DNA of 64,000 bases from a virus, in IMG/VR virus record IMGVR_UViG_3300025545_000003, positions 32,001-96,000 of that record; one strand, 5' to 3'. Made by a program: the position numbers and the translations under genes. Within the stretch, counting starts at the first letter, position 1. Every line of letters starts with the position of its first letter. Positions 1-7,006 of this stretch are shown piece by piece. The notes beneath the pieces are model-generated. The model did no database searches. It was not told where the DNA came from and was given only the letters and a program-made list of their open reading frames with translations.

Positions 1-29
1 GTAACCAAGCTCCATAAGTGGACTGGTGA

Positions 30-63
30 AAGCCGGGTAACCGAAAGGTTCCCCGGCTTTTTT
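30..63 (+). terminator. Intrinsic terminator (candidate attenuator) heading the + strand tRNA array
   Basis: AAGCCGGG-taaccgaaaggtt-cCCCGGCTT stem followed by a T-run. Confidence 0.8.
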
Positions 64-117
64 GCTTCTTGGGCCTGAGTTGGAACGTAGGGCCTACCCG
101 GTAGCACCGGGAGTTGC

Positions 118-139
118 GGTCTTTGACAACTGAATAGTA
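118..139 (+). promoter_or_regulatory. rrn-type boxA-like antitermination site
   Basis: GGTCTTTGACAACTGAATAGTA; 21/22 identical copy before the second array at 42372-42393 (-). Confidence 0.65.
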
Positions 140-290
140 CGTGAAAACGCACCAACGAGGGCAGGGCGGGTCTAGCCCACTCGTCCTGCCCTCATTTTCA
201 TAATGAACCCGTGCCCCGGTGGGCACGGCCAATCCCCTAACGGGGCAAGGTCAAGCAGGCTCAACACCTGCCACGGGTTCCCATGTTCAT

Positions 291-367
291 GGTGGACGTA
301 GCTCAATAGGTAGAGCCCCGGGTTGTGATCCCGGTGGTTGCGGGTTCGAAGCCCGTCGTTCACCCCA
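291..367 (+). tRNA. tRNA-His(GTG)
   Basis: Cloverleaf with G-1, C73, loop TT-GTG-AT, CCA. Confidence 0.95.
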
Positions 368-380
368 TGAGAGGGGCTAA

Positions 381-463
381 GGTCTGGTGTCCCGCACGGA
401 GACGTGCAAAGGCAGCGTCGTCTAGGGTAGGCCACCCAACGATGACGGCGTTGTACTAGACCA
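381..463 (+). ncRNA. Small structured RNA candidate
   Basis: Closed by GGTCTGGTG/TACTAGACC with internal helices; lies between tRNAs. Confidence 0.4.
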
Positions 464-469
464 CATTAT

Positions 470-503
470 TCCGGCGAAGCTCATCTGGTAGAGCGGGCGG
501 TTG
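470..503 (+). pseudogene. 5' half of split tRNA (Asn-like)
   Basis: TCCGGCG acceptor plus D-arm; pairs with CGCCGGA at 1045-1051. Confidence 0.85.
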
Positions 504-529
504 ACAACCGAAGGGTCTTGCCTTACTTT
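501..529 (+). promoter_or_regulatory. sigma70-type promoter for the endonuclease
   Basis: TTGACA-N17-TACTTT just upstream of ATG 536. Confidence 0.5.
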
Positions 530-535
530 GAGGGC

Positions 536-946
536 ATGAACAAGAGCCCTAAAACTATCGGCGAGCGCAGTGAAGGCATGGTGCTGGCAGCCCTCTTGAG
601 GGCGGGCAAGGTTGTGTTGCAACCCTTCGGGGACAACCAACGGTACGACCTTGTGGTGGATGAGGATGGGAAATTCATCCGGGTCCAGTGCAAGACCGCC
701 CGCTTGAAGAACGGCGCTTTGGCCTTCGATACATGCTCCTCTCAAACCCATCGGGGGAAGGGGAAGCAAGATTACAGGGGGCAAGCGGACTTGTTTGGGG
801 TCTATTCTCCTGACAGGGACGCCGTGTACCTTGTACCCGTTGAGGATGTCGGGGTTACCCAAGCCCGACTCAGGCTGTCCAAACCTCGTAATGGCCAATC
901 CAAAGGCGTCCGCTTTGCGGCGGATTATCTTCTCGATCTGGGGTAG
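536..946 (+). CDS. PD-(D/E)XK homing endonuclease (I-Ssp6803I-like family)
   Basis: G..SE...PFGDNQRYDLVVD...RVQCKT motif; stop TAG = positions 8-10 of the following tRNA. Confidence 0.85.
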   Translation: MNKSPKTIGERSEGMVLAALLRAGKVVLQPFGDNQRYDLVVDEDGKFIRVQCKTARLKNGALAFDTCSSQTHRGKGKQDYRGQADLFGVYSPDRDAVYLVPVEDVGVTQARLRLSKPRNGQSKGVRFAADYLLDLG

Positions 947-1009
947 CTCAATAGGTAGAGCGCCGGTCTGTTAAATCGGTTGTTGAGGGTTCAAGTCCCT
1001 CCCCCAGAG
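937..1009 (+). tRNA. tRNA-Asn(GTT), replacement copy
   Basis: Full cloverleaf, loop CT-GTT-AA. Confidence 0.93.
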
Positions 1010-1013
1010 CTAC

Positions 1014-1052
1014 AAGCTCCTCATGTTGTGGGTTCGAGTCCCACCGCCGGAG
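1014..1052 (+). pseudogene. 3' half of split tRNA (Asn-like)
   Basis: T-arm GTGGG-TTCGAGT-CCCAC then CGCCGGA-G. Confidence 0.85.
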
Positions 1053-1055
1053 CTT

Positions 1056-1557
1056 GAAGGGCTGGCTGTTCCCTTTCGGGGGTTCAGTCTGTGACGGGCC
1101 GTATGGGGTCCGTAGGAAACATCGGAGCAATCCGGTGGAAGGGGAGTCCTTGTCACAGGCCCCCGCCAGTCACCTCTCGGGGTGGTTGGTCCGTCCATGC
1201 AAGCCGTAGGTAGCCCGGTCAGGGCGGGTCGTCCACCAAAGGCGGCTCTAGTCCCGAGTCTGGGGTTGGCCCCACCGACAGGTGGGTGAAGCATGGCCTG
1301 TCAGCGATGGCAGTCATGCGAAGGATAGGCGGGGACGCCTTGAGCCAACCAATCCAACTGGACGAAGGAGGATTCCCAAGCGGCAGTCGGTCAGTTTGAG
1401 GGGTGGGAGCCCTGAAGGCGGTCGGCATGTAGAGGGGCGAAGGGTGAAATCCCCGGAGTCCTGAAGACAGGGTAAAGCCCGCCGGGGCGAATACCAGAGG
1501 ACGTGTTGCATTCCCCTCCTCAAAAGGGAAGGGAACGACTGGCAGGGCACGCCCTTA
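1056..1557 (+). ncRNA. Large structured ncRNA, GOLLD-like
   Basis: ~500 nt without a credible ORF; ends pair (AAGGGC/GCCCTT); GCCAGTC/GACTGGC long-range helix; many tetraloop hairpins; phage tRNA-array context. Confidence 0.55.
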
Positions 1558-1562
1558 TGACA

Positions 1563-1635
1563 TGCGAATTAGCTCAGTTGGTAGAGCGCATCCTTCGTAG
1601 GGATGAGGTCGTTGGTTCAAGTCCAACCCTTGCAA
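1563..1635 (+). tRNA. tRNA-Thr(CGT), acceptor stem with two mismatches (possibly defective)
   Basis: Normal D/anticodon/T arms; TGCGAAT/CCTTGCA acceptor. Confidence 0.65.
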
Positions 1636-1639
1636 ACAA

Positions 1640-1940
1640 AGGAAAGACCCTGCCGGTCTGTGTGGTAAGTGACCTAATCCCGTCCCCGCAAGGGAAGGCG
1701 GGCCGGTGAAGCCCCCAAGGTGGAGCCGGTTGGTGGGAAGCTGAAGCGTAGGGGCGGCCACCCCTGCCGGATGTGGAAAGCCGATGCAGCACAGGCGACG
1801 AGGGAAACGCCACCCTCCAACAAAGGCGGTCACGACTGGCTACCGGGGAGACCCGGTGGACACGGGGAGAACTTGGCGGGGGACCGTCAAGGTAATGCCC
1901 TGAGAGGCCGGTTATGAAAACGGGTAGTCTCACCGTTCCT
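1640..1940 (+). ncRNA. ~300-nt structured ncRNA candidate
   Basis: Closed by AGGAA/TTCCT and AGAC/GTCT; many GNRA-capped hairpins; no credible ORF. Confidence 0.45.
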
Positions 1941-1971
1941 CATTCTCCCCTCCCTTCGGGGCGGGGACTAT

Positions 1972-2048
1972 CGGAGAGTAGCGCAGCCTGGTAGCGCACC
2001 TGGTTCGGGACCAGGGGGTCGGGGGTTCGAATCCCCCCTCTCCGACCA
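1972..2048 (+). tRNA. tRNA-Pro(CGG)
   Basis: Cloverleaf, CCA. Confidence 0.95.
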
Positions 2049-2080
2049 CGACAGAGACAGCCCGGAGAGACGGGCACCAT

Positions 2081-2154
2081 CGGGATGTGGCGCAGTCTGG
2101 CAGCGCACTTGGCTGGGGGCCAAGGGGCCGTCGGTTCGAATCCGACCATCCCGA
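2081..2154 (+). tRNA. tRNA-Pro(GGG)
   Basis: Cloverleaf. Confidence 0.95.
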
Positions 2155-2161
2155 CTTTCAA

Positions 2162-2233
2162 TCCTGACCTAGCTCAATGGCAGAGCGCTCGGCTGTGGAC
2201 CGGGAGATTCGGGTTCAACTCCCGGGGTTAGGA
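2162..2233 (+). tRNA. tRNA with GTG anticodon (His-like, lacks G-1:C73)
   Basis: Loop CT-GTG-GA; acceptor (T)CCTGACC/GGTTAGG(A). Confidence 0.75.
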
Positions 2234-2247
2234 CGGACAAGGGCTAT

Positions 2248-2285
2248 GGGGTAGAGGCCGAAGTTGGACGAGGCACATTAGACTG
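2248..2285 (+). pseudogene. 5' half of split tRNA (Asp-like)
   Basis: GGGGTAG acceptor pairs with CTATCCC at 3028-3034; D-arm GCC..GGC. Confidence 0.75.
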
Positions 2286-2315
2286 GCTATACTCTCCTCA
2301 TTAGTAGGAGGTAGC

Positions 2316-2936
2316 ATGTACAAGGAAGCCACGAAGCAAGAGGCCCTCCGCCTTCGCCAACAGCAGCGCCTTTCCCTTCGAGAGATCCAAGCCCAAACAG
2401 GGGTCTCTAAAGGAACCCTCTCCAAGTGGTTGCAGGGGATGCCGTTAGACAGGGAAGAGGTGCGGGCAAAACTCCGCCTCAATGGAACCAGCAAGGGACG
2501 AGCAAAAGCTGACCGGGTTGAATCTGCCTTACACCGCCGTTTCGGTGTTCCCATGAACAGCCACTACAAGGCTAAGATTGCAGAAGCAGCGATCCTTCTT
2601 CGGGCTGGCTTGTTGGGGGTGGATACCTACCAGAGCCCCTTTGATGGAGACAAGGCCGACTGGGTGTTTGATGTGAAGGGACGCCTCCTTAAGGTGCAGG
2701 TGAAATGGGCGGCCACACCAGCCAAACATGGGGCACCACAAGTGAAAGTACGATGTGCCGGGGGCCGTTCTGGACTCCGGTGCTACACGGAGGGGGAATT
2801 CGACATTCTTGTAGGATATGACCTTTACACCGACACTGCCTATGTGTGGACGTGGGATGAGGTGAAGGATTTCACCAGCACTGTTTCCTGTTGGGATGAA
2901 GCAGAGGAACGCTGGGACAAGATCACGGTCTCATAG
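2316..2936 (+). CDS. HTH + PD-(D/E)XK homing endonuclease
   Basis: N-terminal HTH (LSLREIQAQTGVSKGTLSKWL); SPFDGDKADWVFD..LKVQVK; stop inside tRNA-Asp. Confidence 0.85.
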   Translation: MYKEATKQEALRLRQQQRLSLREIQAQTGVSKGTLSKWLQGMPLDREEVRAKLRLNGTSKGRAKADRVESALHRRFGVPMNSHYKAKIAEAAILLRAGLLGVDTYQSPFDGDKADWVFDVKGRLLKVQVKWAATPAKHGAPQVKVRCAGGRSGLRCYTEGEFDILVGYDLYTDTAYVWTWDEVKDFTSTVSCWDEAEERWDKITVS

Positions 2937-3001
2937 GGGAGTCAGGAGTCCCCACCTGCCTGTCACGCAGGAGATCCCGGGTTCAAATCCCGGTGGGACC
3001 G
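2927..3001 (+). tRNA. tRNA-Asp(GTC), replacement copy
   Basis: Cloverleaf, CCTGC-CTGTCAC-GCAGG. Confidence 0.93.
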
Positions 3002-3003
3002 CC

Positions 3004-3035
3004 GGAGGAAGTGGGTTCGAGTCCCATCTATCCCG
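3004..3035 (+). pseudogene. 3' half of split tRNA (Asp-like)
   Basis: T-arm plus CTATCCC-G. Confidence 0.8.
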
Positions 3036-3037
3036 CT

Positions 3038-3299
3038 AATCGCCGGGGGTGAAACCCGGAGGAACACAGTGGAAGCAGCAGGCTCCCCCTCGGGGGAGGC
3101 CGTGCAAGCGTAACTCCTGCCGTGGAAGCTGTGGAAAACCGGGCGAATCCCCACTTGGGACCTTGTGGACACGCAGGCTGGGTAGCTCCAATCGGCAGAG
3201 CGCTGGGCAACGCTTGCACGGCTTTGGGCCCAGAGGTAGGGGGTTCGAGTCCTTCCCTGGGTACACAAGAAGCGGGATGTCCAAGTTCCAACGGCGATT
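3038..3299 (+). ncRNA. ~260-nt RNA with an embedded tRNA-like domain (3176-3263)
   Basis: AATCGCCG/CGGCGATT closure; internal D-arm and T-arm; ~20-nt loop at the anticodon position. Confidence 0.55.
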
Positions 3300-3304
3300 T
3301 TCAT

Positions 3305-3377
3305 GGGGGTGAGGTCTGCTGGGCGGACGCTGGCTTGTCAGGTCAGAACGGGGAGGGTTCGATTCCCTTCACTCCCG
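3305..3377 (+). tRNA. tRNA-Asp(GTC)
   Basis: Cloverleaf, G73. Confidence 0.8.
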
Positions 3378-3381
3378 CTTT

Positions 3382-3454
3382 GGGTCCGTAGTGTTAATGT
3401 AGCATCCCTGGCTCTTAACCAGGCGGGTGGCGGGTTCAAGTCCCCCCGGACTCA
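3382..3454 (+). tRNA. tRNA-Lys(CTT)
   Basis: Cloverleaf. Confidence 0.85.
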
Positions 3455-3469
3455 CTGAAGTGTTTTCAT

Positions 3470-3542
3470 CCCTCCGTGGCGCAATTGGTAGCGCAAACGG
3501 CTCTTAACCGTGAGGTTGAAGGTTCGATTCCTTCCGGGGGGA
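3470..3542 (+). tRNA. tRNA-Lys(CTT)
   Basis: Cloverleaf. Confidence 0.92.
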
Positions 3543-3560
3543 CTAGCGTTTGTACTTTGT

Positions 3561-3637
3561 GACCCCGTCGTCTAGTTGGCTAGGACACCAGACTCTCAAT
3601 CTGGAGATCGCCGGTTCAAACCCGGTCGGGGTTACCA
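3561..3637 (+). tRNA. tRNA-Glu(CTC)
   Basis: Cloverleaf, CCA. Confidence 0.93.
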
Positions 3638-3638
3638 T

Positions 3639-3712
3639 CCTCCCGTAGCTCAGTAGGTAGAGCGGCGGCCCGATAAGCCGTGACAGCGAAGGTTCAATTC
3701 CTTTCGGGAGGA
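3639..3712 (+). tRNA. tRNA-Ile(GAT)
   Basis: Cloverleaf; unusual C33. Confidence 0.85.
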
Positions 3713-3739
3713 CTAGCAGAGGACTGTGGTGCTGGTTCA

Positions 3740-3813
3740 GCATAGATAGCTCAATTGGTTGAGCATCGGTCATTCAAACCGACGGTTACAGGTTCGATCC
3801 CTGTTCGTTTGCA
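3740..3813 (+). pseudogene. Degenerate tRNA (loop CATTCAA)
   Basis: D and T arms intact; bulged acceptor; A33. Confidence 0.55.
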
Positions 3814-3846
3814 ACAGCCCGACACCCGACCTTCCTCTGCTTCCCT

Positions 3847-3966
3847 CGAACAGTAGCTCAGTGTTGATGTACCCCCGCCAAGTTGCCGGTTGATGAAGCG
3901 GAAGGGCATCGATAGGGAGAGCGCCGGGACACTCGGAGGCCGCTGGTTCAAACCCAGCCTGTTCGA
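3847..3966 (+). ncRNA. tRNA-like RNA with a ~50-nt D-loop hairpin and no anticodon loop
   Basis: CGAACAG/CTGTTCG acceptor; GCTC/GAGC D-stem; CCGGG-ACA-CTCGG; T-arm. Confidence 0.7.
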
Positions 3967-3970
3967 CTTT

Positions 3971-4042
3971 GCGGGCGTAGCTCAGTGGTAGAGCATCGGG
4001 TTGCCAATCCGAAGGTCGTGGGTTCGAATCCCATCGCCCGCT
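3971..4042 (+). tRNA. tRNA-Gly(GCC)
   Basis: Cloverleaf. Confidence 0.95.
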
Positions 4043-4046
4043 CTAT

Positions 4047-4120
4047 GGTGTGGTCTTCTAATTGGCTAGGAAATCGGCCTTTCAAGCCGGGGAATGCGGG
4101 TTCGAATCCCGTCCACACTA
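4047..4120 (+). tRNA. tRNA-Glu(TTC)
   Basis: Cloverleaf. Confidence 0.93.
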
Positions 4121-4125
4121 CAAGA

Positions 4126-4292
4126 AGTCCGGTAGCCACCGGACGCGGCCGGAGACACCCCCGGTCGTCAGTCAGGTTGGCATCTGACGAACAGGGTAGC
4201 CGATCCCCGGTAATGGGGCGTCGTCAGGGAGGCGAAAGTAGGGCAACCGAAGGACGGTCTGAAATACATCGTCCGGGTCTTACCCCTGATCA
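4126..4292 (+). ncRNA. Structured RNA candidate
   Basis: Multiple hairpins; shares ATCTGAC..GTCAGGG..GAAAG..TAGGGCAAC with 9255-9397. Confidence 0.4.
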
Positions 4293-4293
4293 T

Positions 4294-4369
4294 GGGGCCT
4301 TAGCTCACTTGGGAGAGCGTCGGGATGGCATTCCGAAGGTAGCGGGTTCGATCCCCGCAGGCTCCACCA
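4294..4369 (+). tRNA. tRNA-Ala(GGC)
   Basis: G3:U70, CCA. Confidence 0.95.
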
Positions 4370-4398
4370 GGGCTTAGTTGCAGATCTATCTGCGTTGA

Positions 4399-4472
4399 TG
4401 GGGCGTCGTCCAAAGGCAGGACCCTGGGTTTTGGTCCCAGTGATGAGGGTTCGAATCCTTCCGCCTCAGCCA
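4399..4472 (+). tRNA. tRNA-Gln(TTG)
   Basis: Cloverleaf, CCA. Confidence 0.95.
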
Positions 4473-4486
4473 TTCAAGGAGGTGTC

Positions 4487-5287
4487 ATGAGCAAGATAGT
4501 AAAAGGCACCTCCCGGAGCGGTGTAGGAACTACGTTGGTGGTTCCGCAGCACCGGCTGGTGTTCGACATGGGGGCTCCCCTGGTGGAGTCCTTGGGCGTC
4601 CGTAAGGTGTTCATCACCCACGGGCACATGGATCACGCAGGGGCTCTGGTGTTCCACGCCAGCACACGGGGAATGATGGGAATGGGGCCGCCCCTGTTCC
4701 ACGTCCCGGCCTGGATGGAAGCCGACCTTCGGGTGATACTGAAGGCCGCCGCCCGCCTCAACGGTGGGGGAGTCCAGTTCGACATGGTCCCCATGGAAGC
4801 GGGCAAGAGTCACGATCTGGGAGGGCCTCGCAGAGTGGTGCCCTTCTACACCGACCACCGGCTACCGTGCCTCGGCTACAAGGTCTACCAGACCCGAAAC
4901 AAGCTCCGGGATGAGTTCATAGGACTTCCCGGAGAGGAGATCGGGCGGCTTCGGAAGGGTGGAACGGAAGTCACCCGTGAGGTAGAAGCCTTGGCACACA
5001 CGCACGTAGGGGACAGCCGGGTGACCGTGCTGGACAAACACCCCGAGGTGTTCCAGTCAGATGTGCTGGTGCTTGAGTGTACGTTCGTGGGCGACTACTC
5101 CTTGGAGGAAACGCACAAGCGGGGGCACACGCACCTGTCCGAACTGGCAGAGCGTGCGGAATTATTCAAGGACGTGAAGGCCGTTGTCCTGACACACTTC
5201 TCGATGCGACACAGCGAGAAGGAGGTCAAGGCGGAGGTCGCCAAGCTCCCCGAGTCCCTTCGGGACAAGATCCACCTCGTTTTCTAG
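4487..5287 (+). CDS. rnz: Ribonuclease Z (Thermotoga-type tRNase Z, MBL fold)
   Basis: THGHMDH, KL..EF.GLPG.EI exosite, GDS, ECTF, HTH, THFS.RH motifs. Confidence 0.85.
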   Translation: MSKIVKGTSRSGVGTTLVVPQHRLVFDMGAPLVESLGVRKVFITHGHMDHAGALVFHASTRGMMGMGPPLFHVPAWMEADLRVILKAAARLNGGGVQFDMVPMEAGKSHDLGGPRRVVPFYTDHRLPCLGYKVYQTRNKLRDEFIGLPGEEIGRLRKGGTEVTREVEALAHTHVGDSRVTVLDKHPEVFQSDVLVLECTFVGDYSLEETHKRGHTHLSELAERAELFKDVKAVVLTHFSMRHSEKEVKAEVAKLPESLRDKIHLVF

Positions 5288-5307
5288 CCCCCTCTCGGGG
5301 GCATCAT

Positions 5308-5346
5308 TGGGGCATAGCTCAATTGGTAGAGTACCGTTGAACTTTG
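5308..5346 (+). pseudogene. 5' half of split tRNA (Gln-like)
   Basis: TGGGGCA pairs with TGCCCCA at 6044-6050. Confidence 0.85.
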
Positions 5347-5371
5347 TGCGCTTTACCCTTACACTAGAAGC

Positions 5372-5953
5372 ATGGGACGAAAGAGCCACATCTGGGACAC
5401 ACCCCCGGAACGCTTCCGCCAACTGGTACACACCCACACCACATGGAAAGGGCTCGCATTAGCCCTTGGGATGTCGATCTGTGGGGGGACATTCAAGACC
5501 ATCCGTAAAAGGATCCAGCAAGATGGGTTGGACGATCATCATTTGCGAGAGGGGGCCTCAAAACGAGGTGGCCTTTTGGCCGCTAAGAAACAGGAGCAGC
5601 CCCTTTCAGAGATCATGGTGAAAGATTCTTCCTACTCACGGTACCACCTAAAGGCCCGTCTACTGCGAGACAGGGTGTTGGAAAACAAGTGTGCCATGTG
5701 CGGTCTCGATCCTGTTTGGGAAGGAGATCCCCTCGTGATGGTTCTTGACCACATAAACGGGGAACCCCAAGACCACCGGGCAGGGAATCTGAGGTTGGTC
5801 TGCCCCAACTGCAACTCACAGCTTCCAACCTTTGCAGGTCGGAAAACGAAAAAGGGCGAGGTTCTTTGTGTGGACTGCGGGACACCCATCCACACAAGAA
5901 GTACCAGATGTCGTTCATGTAGCGGCAGGCATCGTTATTTTACTGGGGAGTAA
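5372..5953 (+). CDS. HNH homing endonuclease
   Basis: CAMCG..LDHING..DHR..NLRLVCPNCNSQ; stop TAA = tRNA positions 8-10. Confidence 0.9.
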   Translation: MGRKSHIWDTPPERFRQLVHTHTTWKGLALALGMSICGGTFKTIRKRIQQDGLDDHHLREGASKRGGLLAAKKQEQPLSEIMVKDSSYSRYHLKARLLRDRVLENKCAMCGLDPVWEGDPLVMVLDHINGEPQDHRAGNLRLVCPNCNSQLPTFAGRKTKKGEVLCVDCGTPIHTRSTRCRSCSGRHRYFTGE

Positions 5954-6016
5954 CTCAACTGGCAGAGTGCCGTCCTCTGAAGGCGGATGTTGTGGGTTCG
6001 AGTCCCACCTCCCCAG
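5944..6016 (+). tRNA. tRNA-Gln(CTG), replacement copy
   Basis: Cloverleaf. Confidence 0.93.
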
Positions 6017-6018
6017 CC

Positions 6019-6051
6019 CATAGGTTGAAGGTTCAAGTCCTTCTGCCCCAG
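6019..6051 (+). pseudogene. 3' half of split tRNA (Gln-like)
   Basis: T-arm plus TGCCCCA-G. Confidence 0.85.
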
Positions 6052-6087
6052 CTATGGCGGGACGCACAGGCAGTGCAGGCCGTCTAA

Positions 6088-6160
6088 CGCAGTGTAGCTC
6101 AACAGGTAGAGCGCTGGTCTCATAAGCCGGAGGTTCCCGGTTCAATTCCGGGCACTGCGA
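6088..6160 (+). tRNA. tRNA-Met(CAT), probably elongator
   Basis: Cloverleaf with paired C1-G72. Confidence 0.9.
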
Positions 6161-6175
6161 CTACAGCGGTACTAG

Positions 6176-6249
6176 GGCGACGTAGCCAAGTTGGTTAAAG
6201 CACTGGTCTGCAAAACCAGAGATCCCCGGTTCGAATCCGGGCGTCGCCT
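6176..6249 (+). tRNA. tRNA-Cys(GCA)
   Basis: Cloverleaf, U73. Confidence 0.95.
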
Positions 6250-6254
6250 CTTTT

Positions 6255-6288
6255 CGGACGGTAGCTCAGTGGTAGAGCTTCGGTAGCT
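6255..6288 (+). pseudogene. 5' half of split tRNA (Ile/Met-like)
   Basis: CGGACGG pairs with TCGTCCG; GGTAG pairs with CTACC at 6740. Confidence 0.85.
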
Positions 6289-6322
6289 CTCCTATCAGGA
6301 GTCTCATGGTAGGAGGTGGGCT

Positions 6323-6670
6323 GTGACAACCATCGTGAAATGTGAGCAGTGCGGCAGGGAGTACGTCCCGGACAGGAAAAAGGGACACCGTGGAACCCTT
6401 TGCAACTCTTGTGTGGTCAACACCAGGAGAGCAAGCGTAAAGGAAAAGGCAGTCTCCTACAAAGGAGGGGCGTGCGCCATCTGCGGTTACGACCGGTGTG
6501 CGAGAGCCTTGGGGTTCCACCATAAGGACCCTGCCAAGAAGGATTTTCCTCTTGGGGCCAACTACACGAGGTCGTGGGACAAACTGAAGGTGGAGTTGGA
6601 TAAGTGCATCCTCCTCTGCGCCAACTGTCACGCTGAAGTTCATGATGGGATGGTTGAACTCGGGGGGTAG
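6323..6670 (+). CDS. HNH homing endonuclease
   Basis: YKGGACAICGY..FHHKDP..ELDKCILLCANCHAEVH; stop TAG = tRNA positions 8-10. Confidence 0.9.
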   Translation: MTTIVKCEQCGREYVPDRKKGHRGTLCNSCVVNTRRASVKEKAVSYKGGACAICGYDRCARALGFHHKDPAKKDFPLGANYTRSWDKLKVELDKCILLCANCHAEVHDGMVELGG

Positions 6671-6733
6671 CTCAGTGGCTAGAGCGAACGGCTGATAACC
6701 GTTAGGGCGAGGGTTCGAGTCCCTCTCTCCCGA
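6661..6733 (+). tRNA. tRNA-Ile(GAT), replacement copy
   Basis: Cloverleaf. Confidence 0.93.
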
Positions 6734-6739
6734 CTTTTA

Positions 6740-6780
6740 CTACCGTGGGGCCGGAGGTTCGAATCCTCCTCGTCCGACCA
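6740..6780 (+). pseudogene. 3' half of split tRNA (Ile/Met-like)
   Basis: Anticodon 3' strand, T-arm, TCGTCCG-ACCA. Confidence 0.85.
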
Positions 6781-6877
6781 GTAGGGAAAGGTGGCGGTCT
6801 GAGAGCCTGCCGGGTTCTGCAAGGCCCAATGGTTCAACGTCTGTTGCAGCAGGCCCCGTGCGCCGCCCTGCGTTCAT

Positions 6878-6947
6878 GCCCTCGCCCGTGGATCGGGGCT
6901 TTGGTCTTCTAAACCGGAGGTCGAGGGTTCGATTCCTTCCGGGGGCG
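6878..6947 (+). tRNA. tRNA-Arg(TCT) with atypical short D-arm
   Basis: Acceptor, anticodon and T arms intact. Confidence 0.7.
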
Positions 6948-7006
6948 CTAGTTTGTCTATGGGCAGGGGATGGTAGAGTGGATCGACTCCACGAGGAGAT
7001 ACCGTC

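Noticed and set aside
118-139. rRNA operon, or a -35 promoter box at TTGACA
   Set aside because: No rRNA sequence follows, and there is no -10 at 16-18 nt spacing.
3740-3813. UGA suppressor or Sec tRNA and an alternative genetic code
   Set aside because: The loop CATTCAA centres on TTC, the acceptor is defective and there is no long Sec arm. Long genes read through in the standard code and use all three stop codons.
4183-4237. Hammerhead ribozyme (CTGACGA...CGAAA)
   Set aside because: Stem II closure and stems I/III could not be formed convincingly.
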